64,000 nt of DNA from Polyangiaceae bacterium (GTDB lineage Bacteria; Myxococcota_A; Polyangia; Polyangiales; Polyangiaceae): assembly GCA_965222375.1 (NCBI GenBank), contig CBDCTZ010000016.1:672001-736000 (forward strand), in the 5' to 3' direction. Below are positions 28,398-38,213 of the stretch, one piece after another. Positions within the stretch are counted from its first letter, which is position 1. Each line of letters opens with the position of its first letter. The translations under genes were made by a program, and so were the position numbers. The notes under the pieces were generated by a model. The model was not told the origin of the DNA. It saw nothing but the letters and a program-made list of their open reading frames with translations, and searched no databases.

Positions 28398-28901
28398 ATG
28401 GCTCGAGCTGGTTTTTGGCGCCGGTTGCGGTATGACAGCGGTGTTTTGCTTATCCTGGGAATTGGTCGGGGCCGGTACCTGAGCGTGCTCTCGCTGGCGT
28501 TGCTGGGCTTGGGCTGCAGTTCGGATGATGATCGCAAGGAGTGCACGCTGCGCCCGGCCTTCGAGCTCACGGTGCGGGCAGCTTCGGGCCCGGTGCCCGA
28601 CGACATGCGCTTGAAGATCAAATATGGCGGCGGGACCGAAGAGTACGCAGTGTCCGACACGACCCAGACTCAAGAGGTCATGTTCTGTCAGCGCCGGGAC
28701 CCAGACGGCGGGGTGCCCGAAGCCGGCCTGCCCACGGGTGAAGTCTTCTGTAAACTCTGGACCCAGGGTGCCGCCGATCTGACGGTGGAATCCTCCAAGT
28801 ACCCGAAGCTAGAGCGCACCCTCGAGGCCAAGGCCGACGGCGACTGCATCCAGACCGTGGAAGAGGTGGTCGTGCTTTCCCTTCCGGAGGCCGGGATCTG
28901 A
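28398..28901 (+). CDS. Hypothetical lipoprotein
   Basis: LGLGC lipobox; start uncertain. Confidence 0.7.
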   Translation: MARAGFWRRLRYDSGVLLILGIGRGRYLSVLSLALLGLGCSSDDDRKECTLRPAFELTVRAASGPVPDDMRLKIKYGGGTEEYAVSDTTQTQEVMFCQRRDPDGGVPEAGLPTGEVFCKLWTQGAADLTVESSKYPKLERTLEAKADGDCIQTVEEVVVLSLPEAGI

Positions 28902-29039
28902 GCCGATCTCTGCCGCCCCGACCCCCTCGAAACACCCCAAAGGATGATCCCCTTCGACAACTCGATGCGGGGGCGCTAGACCGATTCTCTTCCGCGAGGC
29001 CTGGAGCGCGGAGGGGGGTTGTGGGAGCAGGAGGCGAAC

Positions 29040-30188
29040 ATGGGCACCATCGTGCAACGTGACGGGTTTGGCAGTGCGCCGGAGCTAGAGGGCATCGATC
29101 GCCTGGACGGCGCCTGGCAAGCTAGGGGGCATGGGCCACGACTGACGGCCGTGCGCAAAGCGGCGGAGGAGCTGCGCAGCCAGTTCGTGTTCGGCGCGCG
29201 GGCACTCTGCGTCCGCAGCTTGCCGATCACCACCTTGGCATACCCGACTAAATACGCCTTCTGGGGCGCGCCGCTTTCGCCTGCGCCCTACGTGGTGATG
29301 ACTCACCGCGCGCTGCTGGTCCAGTTCCAGCAACGCGGACAGCTCAAGACGCTGCTCTTCAACCCGACGGACGATGTGGCTTCTCGGGAGACGCCCTACT
29401 TCAAGCGCATGATCCGGCAAGTTGGTGACTACGTCGCTTTCCATCTGCTCGCGAAGAAGCTCGATTCCTTGGAGTACCAGCTTTCGCAACTAGGGCTCGC
29501 ACCCGGCGACATCGACTACGTGGCTTTCGACCACTTCCACACCCAAGACGTGCGCTCCCTGCTAGGCACCGTGGACGGCGAATACGCCTCGCGCTTCCCG
29601 CGAGCGAGGCTCTTGGCTCCGGTGGCGGAGTGGGACGATTGGGACGATCTGCACCCCATGCAGCGCGCCTGGTTCGTGCCCGATGGCAAGCGCGGCGTTC
29701 GCACGGAAAAAGTGGTGCTCACGGAAGGCGATTTCTGGCTCGGCGATGGCGTTCTGCTGTTGTCCACCCCCGGTCACACTTCGGGCAACCAGACGCTCTT
29801 CATCAACACGTCGGACGGCGTATGGGGCTGCAGCGAAAACGGTACCTGTGCTGACAACTGGACGCCGATTGAAAGTCGCATTCGTGGATTATCGGCGCTG
29901 TGCCGCAATCAGGATCTGGATGTGATTCTCAACTCCAACACTCCAGAATTCGGTGCGACTCAATACACATCCATGGTGCTCGAGCGCACTCTCGTGGACC
30001 GAGTCAATCGCAATCCGGGTTTCTGCCAGATGTTCCCCTCCAGCGAAGTGATGCCATCGGCCATCTCGCCCGGGTTACGTCCGACAGTGGTTCACGGCAA
30101 TCTGGTTTACGGTGAGGTGACGCGGCCGGACTCGCACGTGGCGCAGCGACGCGGTGCCACGGCGCGCCCCGTGGTCTCAGCCGAGTGA
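29040..30188 (+). CDS. Metallo-beta-lactamase-fold protein
   Basis: DIDYVAFDHFHTQD, TPGHT; RBS GGAGG before ATG 29040. Confidence 0.85.
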   Translation: MGTIVQRDGFGSAPELEGIDRLDGAWQARGHGPRLTAVRKAAEELRSQFVFGARALCVRSLPITTLAYPTKYAFWGAPLSPAPYVVMTHRALLVQFQQRGQLKTLLFNPTDDVASRETPYFKRMIRQVGDYVAFHLLAKKLDSLEYQLSQLGLAPGDIDYVAFDHFHTQDVRSLLGTVDGEYASRFPRARLLAPVAEWDDWDDLHPMQRAWFVPDGKRGVRTEKVVLTEGDFWLGDGVLLLSTPGHTSGNQTLFINTSDGVWGCSENGTCADNWTPIESRIRGLSALCRNQDLDVILNSNTPEFGATQYTSMVLERTLVDRVNRNPGFCQMFPSSEVMPSAISPGLRPTVVHGNLVYGEVTRPDSHVAQRRGATARPVVSAE

Positions 30189-30300
30189 AATCGGTGACCC
30201 GCGAAAGGGCGGCGAAACGAGACGGCGCTCTCCGTGGTTCTCAGCCGAGCAGGCGCGCCGGGCGTGTGCGCCATGCAAGAAGGCGCGCGGGCTGCCAGCG

Positions 30301-30924
30301 CTACTTCTTCTTCGGCGGCGGCGGGGGCAAGTCTGCGCCGATGTCGATGCGCGGTCCGTGAGATCGGAGTACAGCGCGTTCCCGGCCGTATTCGTCTCCG
30401 ACCTGGCCCTCAACGACTAGCTCGGTGATGCCGACGTCGCGGCAGAAGGTCGTAGTCACTTTTCGGCTGCCCTTTTGTTCGACAGTTTCGACGCAGTCGG
30501 CGAAAGAGCCCGCGGGAGTATTCATCGATTTGCCAACCTGAGTGACTTCCACTTCGCCGAAGTCGCCCTTGTAGCGCATGCCCTTTGTGAGGGGTGACTT
30601 CAAAAGCCAGCCGCCCTCAGAGAGTCGGATGCCACTCGCCACGAGTTCGAGGCGCTTGGCGCGTCCGGCCACGTACAGCTCGGCGTGCTCTGCGCGTGTG
30701 CGCCGCACCTGCATGACCAACATGCCTTTCTCACCGGAGATCTCGCTCTCAGTATCGTAGGCGAGGACCGTGTCGGCTAGCAGCGGGAAGTAGCGCTCCA
30801 CATCCGTTACTTGGGGCTTTGCTTCGACTCTCGGAGCCCTAGCCGGTTCGGTGCTGCCGCCACAGCCCAAGGCAACCAGGACCGGGAGTCCGGTGACGAA
30901 GGCGTTCTTCCAGGGAGAGCTCAT
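30301..30924 (-). CDS. Hypothetical lipoprotein
   Basis: ALGC lipobox; YFPL, TPAGSF.DC, VGI motifs. Confidence 0.8.
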   Translation of the reverse strand: MSSPWKNAFVTGLPVLVALGCGGSTEPARAPRVEAKPQVTDVERYFPLLADTVLAYDTESEISGEKGMLVMQVRRTRAEHAELYVAGRAKRLELVASGIRLSEGGWLLKSPLTKGMRYKGDFGEVEVTQVGKSMNTPAGSFADCVETVEQKGSRKVTTTFCRDVGITELVVEGQVGDEYGRERAVLRSHGPRIDIGADLPPPPPKKK

Positions 30925-30927
30925 TGT

Positions 30928-31443
30928 TCAATGACCATGCGAGAAGTAGGAGTGCAGCGTCAGGAATACGAGAAGGACCACCGAAGCGAGCAACAGGTAC
31001 TTCATCAGTGGGTCGGGTTGGGTGCGATGAGCCAATTCCATCGCTGCTTCCCGGACGCGACGCCTCTTGCTCTTGCCTGCCAGCTCCCGCGCTCCGGTCA
31101 GCGTCGTTGAGTAGTCTCCTGACTCGAACGCGGCGATGAGTTTGTCCAATTCGGGATCCTTCGGAAAATCTAGCAGGAACCGAGGCCGCTCACGACCTGC
31201 GGCGTCCAGCGGCTCCCTCTTGGTGGTCTTCGTTTTCTTCTTCTTGGGTTTGGATGCACGTGGGGGTGGTGTGCGTTCATCGTCGTTGGAAGCAGCGGTG
31301 TTTTCCGGTATTTCTTCGTTCTTCGAAGCCTCGCGGCCTCTTGTGGCGTCCTCTCCCGTCGAAGCCTCGGGGCCCTCTGGGGCATCCTCTGCCGTTGAAG
31401 TGTCGGAGTCTTCCGCGACTTCTTTGTCGTCCGGGTCGGCCAT
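30928..31443 (-). CDS. Hypothetical membrane protein (acidic N-terminus, C-terminal TM)
   Basis: ATG 31443; FPKDPELDKLIAAFESGDY; TM near end. Confidence 0.75.
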   Translation of the reverse strand: MADPDDKEVAEDSDTSTAEDAPEGPEASTGEDATRGREASKNEEIPENTAASNDDERTPPPRASKPKKKKTKTTKREPLDAAGRERPRFLLDFPKDPELDKLIAAFESGDYSTTLTGARELAGKSKRRRVREAAMELAHRTQPDPLMKYLLLASVVLLVFLTLHSYFSHGH

Positions 31444-31662
31444 GGCGGCGGACCGTAGCAAAGGCGCCAAGTTGGGGCGAGAACAACTGGGGTTGCGCTC
31501 CCCCTTGGCTTCTGCGCGCGGGCAAACGTGGCTGCGCCGGTTCAAAGCCTGGACGGTAGCCGGTAGCTAGCCGAGACAAGGAATGACCCTCGTCTTCAGC
31601 CCCGCTTCTACTTTGGGGCGAGGACGGCTCAGGTCGCCCTCGCATCGCCTAGTTGCGGTCGG

Positions 31663-33762
31663 TTATTGGCACTTCCCTCCGCTGCAGAAGAAGTTCGGGC
31701 ACACCGTGTTGCACTTGCCGCAGTGGTTCGGGTCCACATCGGTGTTGGTGCAGATGCCTCCGCAGTAGGTCGTGCCTGCGGGGCACTGACACTTCCCTCC
31801 GGCGCAGCTCACGCCGTTGGGGCACTTCTGCCCACACCCTCCGCAGTTGGCGGCGTCCGTGTTGGTGTCGACGCACTTGGCATTGCATGAGGTTTGCCCG
31901 GTGGGGCAATTGCACTTGCCAGCCGCACACGTGACGCCCGATGGGCACTTGTTGTTGCACTTGCCACAGTTGTTGACGTCTGTGTCTAGGTCGAAGCAGC
32001 CCGGTGTGGGCCAGGTGCACTCCTTCTTGCCGCTGGGACACGCGCCGCAAACGCCCTCGGTGCATGTCGTGCCGGGGCACTCCTTGACGCAGCTGCCACA
32101 GTGCTTGCCGTCCGTCGCCAGATTGGTGCAAACGCCGGGTTTCGTCTTGTCTTTGTTCGGGCAGAACAGCGACCCAGCTGGGCACTCGCACTGCCCGTTG
32201 GTGCACTTCGAACCCGCGGGGCACTTGATGTCGCAGCCACCGCAGTTGTTCGCGTCGTTCAGAATACCGCGGCACGCACTCTTGCTGGTGGCCTTGTCGT
32301 AACAGATGGCCTGACCTGAAGCAGCACATTCGCAAGTCCCCTCGTCGTTGCAGACGGCGCCAGCCTGGTTGGTGCAGACTGCACCCTTCTTGCCGTTGCA
32401 CCTGCCGCCGCAGCCATCCACTGCGCCGCACCATTTGCCGGTGCAGTTGGGCGTGCACGGCGAGCACATCTTTGTCTTCGTGTCGCAGGTCCCACCCTTG
32501 GCGACGCAATCGACACATTGCACAGCGCCCGTCCCGCACTGGCTCGGCAGATTGCCTGCCACGCATTTCCCACCCCCAAACGGGCCGCCCTGGGAATAGT
32601 CGCAGCAACCGCTCTCACACTCCCAGGGGTCGCAGAAGTCGCCGGAGGAGCACATCGCGCCGCCGTCGGGCTTAAGCGTGCAGGTCGCCGGGCCGAAGGC
32701 TTGGTCACAGCCGGCGTTGGGGCACAGCTTCCCGCAGCCGTCAGCGCGACACTCGGGATACTGAGGATCACTGAAGAGCGGACAGGAAGCGCCACACGCT
32801 CCACACGCCCACTTGTAGGGCCAGAAGTTCCCCTGCCTGTTGCAGGCCTGAGGGCCGCAATCCGAGCAAGCCTGACCACCGCTGCCGCATTCGTTTCGCT
32901 TCGAGCCAGTCACGCACGTTCCGTCCGCCGTGCAGCAGCCGTTCGGGCAGGTGGATGGCCCGCATTTCAAGCACTGAGCCAGCTGCTTGCTGTGCCCAAC
33001 CCCGCAGAACTCGCCTTTCGCGCAGTCGACCTTGCACACGCCACCGCAGCCGTCCGCGTCGCCGCACTTCTTGCCGGTGCACTGGGGCTTGCACTCCGCG
33101 CACTTGCCGTATTTGCACACACTGCCGTTGGCACTGCAGTCCACACAGCTCGCGCCCTTGCTACCGCAAGTCGTCTTGTCCTGCGCTGCAGACACCACAC
33201 ACTTGCCATTGCTGTCACAGCAACCACTGGCGCAGTTCGCCTGACTGCACGGGCCGCCACCGCCCCCGGTGCCGCTGAAGCCCCCGGTATTGCTAAAGCC
33301 GCCGGTATTGCTAAAGCCGCCCGACCCAGTGATCTTGCAACCTGCGTTGCAGAGCTGGTTGGCGATGCCCATGCACAGGTCATCCCAGCCCGCTTGGCAG
33401 CAGAAGGGGTCCTGGGCGCACACCTTGGTGACGCAGGGGTCACAGCCTGAAGCGAGGGGCGCCCCTTGGGCACACACGCCGTGAGCGCAGGTGCCCGTGG
33501 TCCCACCAGTGCCCACTGCGCCGGTGCCTCCGGTCGCCAACCCGCCACTGCCGCCACCTGCTCCGCTACCGCCAACTCCCGCAGTGGCGCTAACGCCAGC
33601 GCTCGCCCCGGTTCCCCAAATGGCGCCGCCAGTTGCCGCGCCGCCGTCCACGCCTACGCCCGCGGCGCCCGCTTGGCCGCCCCCGTCGCCACTGTCCCCG
33701 CCGCAGGCAAAAAATACTGAAAATGCAAGCGCTCCAACGAGCGCAATGACGCGTCGGTCCAT
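31663..33762 (-). CDS. Cys-rich lipoprotein with myxobacterial D-x-N-(N/H)-C-G-x-C repeats
   Basis: FFAC lipobox, Gly linker, ~5 DxNNCGxC-type repeats. Confidence 0.9.
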   Translation of the reverse strand: MDRRVIALVGALAFSVFFACGGDSGDGGGQAGAAGVGVDGGAATGGAIWGTGASAGVSATAGVGGSGAGGGSGGLATGGTGAVGTGGTTGTCAHGVCAQGAPLASGCDPCVTKVCAQDPFCCQAGWDDLCMGIANQLCNAGCKITGSGGFSNTGGFSNTGGFSGTGGGGGPCSQANCASGCCDSNGKCVVSAAQDKTTCGSKGASCVDCSANGSVCKYGKCAECKPQCTGKKCGDADGCGGVCKVDCAKGEFCGVGHSKQLAQCLKCGPSTCPNGCCTADGTCVTGSKRNECGSGGQACSDCGPQACNRQGNFWPYKWACGACGASCPLFSDPQYPECRADGCGKLCPNAGCDQAFGPATCTLKPDGGAMCSSGDFCDPWECESGCCDYSQGGPFGGGKCVAGNLPSQCGTGAVQCVDCVAKGGTCDTKTKMCSPCTPNCTGKWCGAVDGCGGRCNGKKGAVCTNQAGAVCNDEGTCECAASGQAICYDKATSKSACRGILNDANNCGGCDIKCPAGSKCTNGQCECPAGSLFCPNKDKTKPGVCTNLATDGKHCGSCVKECPGTTCTEGVCGACPSGKKECTWPTPGCFDLDTDVNNCGKCNNKCPSGVTCAAGKCNCPTGQTSCNAKCVDTNTDAANCGGCGQKCPNGVSCAGGKCQCPAGTTYCGGICTNTDVDPNHCGKCNTVCPNFFCSGGKCQ

Positions 33763-34050
33763 GGAAATTGTCTCCCCAGCGGAAGCGCCCGAGGCGGCTC
33801 CCGCTTGCCCAGCAATCTGAGTGTGCTCTGTAGGTGCGCCGGTGCCCGACAGCGTTCATGTGGGATAGACAAAAGTCAGCTGCGGGTCGCAAATGACCCG
33901 CGTCGAGTCGCGGCCATGCCACGGCCGAGCCCGGGCTCAGCACTCGTCGGGAGCGAGCAAGTCTCCCGGGCGGACTCGAGTCAGGCCTTGATGGTTTTTT
34001 TGGGGGATGTGCCGGACCTTTGCCGTTATCGACGGTTCATCGCGATTCGG

Positions 34051-34291
34051 CGCGGGCGCATCACGGCGGAATCGAGTGGCTCTCGAGCCCGGCGGTCGCG
34101 TTCTGCCGCGGGCGCATGACGCCGGAATCGAGCAAAGCACGGGTCGCGTTCTGCCGCGGGCGCATGACGGCGGAGTTCCGCCGCAGGCGCATCACGCCGG
34201 TTCGCGTGGCTCTGGAGCACGGGGTCGCGTTCTGCCGCGGGCGAATGACCCGGAGTCGAGTGGCTCTGGAGCACGGGTCGCGTTCCGCCGC
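34051..34291. repeat. Degenerate tandem repeat array (~50-55 bp unit, ~5 copies)
   Basis: Core GGTCGCGTTCTGCCGCGGGCGCATGAC at 34094, 34142, 34223; partial copies at 34051, 34175, 34276. Confidence 0.85.
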
Positions 34292-34467
34292 TGAGGAGTG
34301 ACCGCTCATGCGGATGGCTCAGCCCCCCGTGAGCGCTAGGAAACGCTACATCCGGGTGGCCGAGCACCTCAGCGTTTCGCTACCAAGCCCCTTGTTTCGA
34401 TGGCAGTTCGGTGGCTGCTAAGGCGGGGATGGATCCCTGCAAGTCGCCCCAAGAGATCCCAGGGCGG

Positions 34468-35940
34468 CTCATGATCATACACATCTCGTTGCCAAGATCT
34501 GGCAGGTGTGATCTACCGTGGGAATGGGAACAACCGAGTGGATGAGGCAGCCGATATCTGTGGAGTTTTGCGGGGCAAAGCTGGGGGATCGGCGTCGTTC
34601 GAAGCGGCTTTTGTGGTTGGCGGAAACCGTGATGGCGGCACCGGACGCCGGGTTTCCGAGAGCCACCAGCACAGCATCTGAGTTGGAGGGTGTGTATCGA
34701 TTCCTGCGCAACGAGCAGGTGAAGCCCAAGCAGGTGTTGGCGCCGCACATTCGTGCGACGGTGGAGCGGGTAAAGGCGGCGGGTCCGTGCCTGGTAGTGC
34801 ATGACACCACTGAGGTGACCGTAGGAGGCAAGAGCAAACGGGCCGGGTTGGGGCCGACATCGAGCAAGGCGCAGGGGTTCTTCGCTCACACTGCCCTGGC
34901 GGTACTGCCCGGCGAATCGCGTGTTCCCCTTGGCGTGCTCGACCTGCGCCACTGGGCCAGAACCGAGCACAAGGGCGGGCGGGGACGTCACTCACGGGAC
35001 AAGCGCGAGGACTCGGAGAGGGAGTCTTTGCGCTGGCCCGCGATGCTCGAGACAGTCCATGTCCGCTGTGCAGGCGCCGAGGTCGTGCACGTGATGGACC
35101 GTGAAGCGGACATCTACGAAGTGATTGCGAAGGCGCAAGAACTCGGTGCTCGATTCGTGATCCGGTCCTCACAGGACCGAGCCACGGATGACGACGACGA
35201 CATCGTCCGTCTGCGAGCCGCGGTGGAACAGCTCGAGCCCCGTGTTTTTCGGAAGATCTTCATCTCAAAGCGGCCGGAAACCTGCATGACTCGCTCCGCC
35301 AAGACGCATCCTCCACGCAATGCTCGAGAGGTAGAAGTCGCGATGGCGGCAAGAACGGTCACTGTCCTACGGCCTCAGGGATGCCGCACGGGTCCTGCCG
35401 CCATCGAGCTGAACGTGGTGCGCGTCTGGGAGCCGAGCCCAGCAGAGAACGAGCCCCCCGTCGAGTGGGTGCTTCTGACCACGGAAGCGATCGACACCGA
35501 CGAGGACATCGAACGAGTGGTCGACACCTATCGCAGCCGATGGGTCATCGAGGAATTCTTCAAGACCCTCAAGCAGGGTTGCTCCCTCGAGAAACGGCAA
35601 CTCGAGTCCTACCACGCGCTGAGCAACGCCCTGGCGGTGTTCCTTCCCGTCGCTTGGCGCTTGCTTCTGATGCGCTCGCTCGTGCGCGAAGCGCCAGAAC
35701 TCCCGGCGCGAGCAGTCCTGACCCCGATACAGCTGCAGCTACTGCAACTGAAACTGAAGCTGCCCTCACTCCCACAGACAGTGCAAGAAGCGCTCTACGC
35801 AGTCGCCCGGGTGGGTGGCCACCTCAGAAACAACGGACTGCCGGGTTGGCAGACTCTCGGTCGCGGATACTTCAAACTCCTCGACTACGAGATCGGCTTC
35901 CAGTTCGCACAAGCCCTGTTGAGATCTGATCAATCATGAG
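34468..35940 (+). mobile_element. IS4-family (IS50-like) insertion sequence, copy 1, 1473 bp
   Basis: IRs CTCATGATCATACACATCTC / CTCATGATTGATCAGATCTC (15/20); flanks CCAGGGCGG and CCTTGGGGG do not match. Confidence 0.95.
34518..35939 (+). CDS. IS4-family DDE transposase
   Basis: LGDRRRSKRL, HDTT, MDREAD, WVLLT, YRSRWVIEEFFKTLK (YREK). Confidence 0.96.
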   Translation: MGMGTTEWMRQPISVEFCGAKLGDRRRSKRLLWLAETVMAAPDAGFPRATSTASELEGVYRFLRNEQVKPKQVLAPHIRATVERVKAAGPCLVVHDTTEVTVGGKSKRAGLGPTSSKAQGFFAHTALAVLPGESRVPLGVLDLRHWARTEHKGGRGRHSRDKREDSERESLRWPAMLETVHVRCAGAEVVHVMDREADIYEVIAKAQELGARFVIRSSQDRATDDDDDIVRLRAAVEQLEPRVFRKIFISKRPETCMTRSAKTHPPRNAREVEVAMAARTVTVLRPQGCRTGPAAIELNVVRVWEPSPAENEPPVEWVLLTTEAIDTDEDIERVVDTYRSRWVIEEFFKTLKQGCSLEKRQLESYHALSNALAVFLPVAWRLLLMRSLVREAPELPARAVLTPIQLQLLQLKLKLPSLPQTVQEALYAVARVGGHLRNNGLPGWQTLGRGYFKLLDYEIGFQFAQALLRSDQS

Positions 35941-36000
35941 CCTTGGGGGGGCCCGCCACCTTCGCACCTCCGCCGGGCGCCGGCGCCGTCGTTGTCAGCG
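35941..36000. repeat. Left arm of ~60-bp inverted repeat enclosing the HNH gene
   Basis: Aligns by eye at roughly 80-85% with reverse complement of 38050-38108. Confidence 0.85.
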
Positions 36001-36292
36001 ATACACACGGTCTGCGGTCGACGTTGAGCGTGGAGTTTTCAACAGCGTCGCCTGACTTTGCCGAGAGGTGACATTTTCACTTTGCTTTGACATTCTCAAG
36101 AAACTTGTTGACAGGTTTTCGCGGCACATCGCGCGAGCTATCGCGGCCTGAAGCTAGGTGCGCCATTGCGGCGCCGGGTCGACCCCTACGCGCGCTTTCG
36201 GCCGCGAGACGGCGCGCGCGCCGATCGGCACGCCGTTCGCCATGCAGTGCGCGACCTCAGAGGCCGAAAAATCGCATGTTACGCCCGTAAGC

Positions 36293-37900
36293 ATGACATT
36301 CAACACGTGCTGCATTTCGAAGCGAGTTGCTCAACTCTCTGACAACGAAGTCCTGGACCAACTCAACATAGTGATTGGCTCACGGCGCCAGATCACGGCA
36401 GAGCTCGTCGCCTATCTCGGCGAAGTGGAAGCACGCCGACTCGAGCTGCGGGAAGCCTACTCATCGATGCACGACTTCTGCTGTCGCGGACTGCGCTTGA
36501 GCGAAGGCAGCGCGCACCGACACCTCGTAGGAGCTCGGACAGCGCGGGAGTTCCCGGTCGTTTTAGAGCTTCTGCGCGATGGGCGCATTCACCTTACTGG
36601 GCTGGCGATGCTCTCGAAGTATCTCACGGCCGAAAACCACGTCGAGCTGCTCGCGGAGGCTTGCGGTCGGAGCAAAGCAGAGCTGGAGCTCCTGATCCGT
36701 TCGCGGTTTCCGAAACCTGACGTGCCGGATGCGATCTGCCCGATGCCGGTACGAGCCACGCATGCGGGGGACTCAGACCACGTCCAAGGGGACTTGCACC
36801 GGGGAAAGACCGGTCCTGCCGAAACACACGCCCCAGCGACTCGGCCTCGTGTGTCGCCCCTTTCTGCCGAGCGATTCGCGATCCAGTTCTCCGCCGGGTC
36901 GGAGCTCAAGGCCAAGCTGGAGCGCGCGCTCAACCTGACGAGTCATCAGAATCCGAAACGAGAGCTGGCGACGGTCATCGAGAAAGGGCTCGACCTGCTC
37001 TTGGCCGACCTGGAGAAGAAGAAGCTCGGCAAGACCGACAAGCCACGGCGGTCGCGAGGCACGAAACCGGGCGACTTTTCGCGTCGGGACCGGCGCGAGA
37101 TCTTCGAGCGTGACGGTGAGCAGTGCACCTACGTTTCGCCGAGCGGGCAACGTTGCCAAGCGCTGGCATTCCTGGAGCTCGACCACCGAACGGCTCGAGC
37201 ACTTGGCGGTCAGGGCACGGCCCGTAACGGGCGCGTGCTGTGCCGTCACCACAATGCCTACGAAGCGGAGAAGGTGTTCGGGCGAAAATTCATCGAGAGT
37301 AGAATTCACTTTCGCCAGCGAAGGTTGGAATCCGCAACGGCGCCTGCGTTCGCAGGCAGCCAGGCCAGCGGCGTCGAACCTGCGAGCATTGCCGCAGCTG
37401 CGAAGTCCCATGCGCCCGACAAGGCGCCAAGCCACGACCCTGCGTCGCCGGCAGGGGTCGCCGCAGCTGCGAAGTTCCATGCGCCCGACAAGGCGCCGAG
37501 CCAGGACCTTGCATCGCCCACAGGCGTCGCCGCGGCCGCGAAGTTCCATGCGCCCGACAGGAAGCGAAGCCCGGACCCTACGTTGCCGACGCCTCCTGCG
37601 ACGTCAACGATGGCCGCGCAGCACCTCGACACCGTCACAACCACCGAAGAAGACCCTGGGACCCCAGTCGAGACTGAAACGCTGGGTCCCACCGGGCACG
37701 CCAGAACCGACCAGGAGGTAAACTCGCCCGTGGAAGTGAGCCGTATGCTCTTCGGAGCGCTCATGAACATGGGCTTTCGGCGCGCCGAGGCACGACGCGC
37801 AGTGTCAGCCTTGCCAGTGCAGCAGGTAGTCGCCCGCGAGCCTCGCCGTGGAGCGTTCGAGGCATTGGTGCGACAGGCACTCTCGATTCTCGTGCCATGA
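36293..37900 (+). CDS. DUF222-like N-terminus + HNH endonuclease + repeat linker + RuvA C-terminal-like domain
   Basis: ERDGEQCTYVSPSGQRC...LELDH...GG...NGRVLCRHHN; 3x 23-aa AAAAKFHAPDKAPS repeats; ALMNMGFRRAEARRAV...EALVRQAL. Confidence 0.88.
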   Translation: MTFNTCCISKRVAQLSDNEVLDQLNIVIGSRRQITAELVAYLGEVEARRLELREAYSSMHDFCCRGLRLSEGSAHRHLVGARTAREFPVVLELLRDGRIHLTGLAMLSKYLTAENHVELLAEACGRSKAELELLIRSRFPKPDVPDAICPMPVRATHAGDSDHVQGDLHRGKTGPAETHAPATRPRVSPLSAERFAIQFSAGSELKAKLERALNLTSHQNPKRELATVIEKGLDLLLADLEKKKLGKTDKPRRSRGTKPGDFSRRDRREIFERDGEQCTYVSPSGQRCQALAFLELDHRTARALGGQGTARNGRVLCRHHNAYEAEKVFGRKFIESRIHFRQRRLESATAPAFAGSQASGVEPASIAAAAKSHAPDKAPSHDPASPAGVAAAAKFHAPDKAPSQDLASPTGVAAAAKFHAPDRKRSPDPTLPTPPATSTMAAQHLDTVTTTEEDPGTPVETETLGPTGHARTDQEVNSPVEVSRMLFGALMNMGFRRAEARRAVSALPVQQVVAREPRRGAFEALVRQALSILVP

Positions 37901-38049
37901 TCGATGCACGAGCTCGCGAAGCCGCACCGAGAACTGCAGTTGTTCCTCCCTCCGAACAAACACGATTGGCGACCAGCCCCCCTCTCGTGAGACATGGCAA
38001 GACGGTCGCTCGGAACGATAGACTGCTGCAGTGCCGGCGCATGTCCACG

Positions 38050-38108
38050 CGTTGACAAGCGCGGCGCCGGCGCCTCGGCGGAGGTGCGGATGTGGCGGGC
38101 CCCAAAGG
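38050..38108. repeat. Right arm of ~60-bp inverted repeat enclosing the HNH gene
   Basis: Reverse complement CCTTTGGGGCCCGCCACATCCGCACCTCCGCCGAGGCGCCGGCGCCGCGCTTGTCAACG. Confidence 0.85.
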
Positions 38109-38213
38109 CCCGCCCGCACCGCAGCCCTCACCAGACCAGACGACGCCGGTCGCCGGCGCGTTCTACGCAACTCAGCATTGCGGTCGTCCGACAAGTTGTC
38201 CCACCCGGGGTGG

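Noticed and set aside
34051..34291. CRISPR array
   Set aside because: Intervening sequences are homologous and irregular in length; a degenerate tandem repeat.
34477..34486. Nextera adapter contamination (ATACACATCT)
   Set aside because: Only 10 bp match, embedded in the IS inverted repeat and present in both copies.
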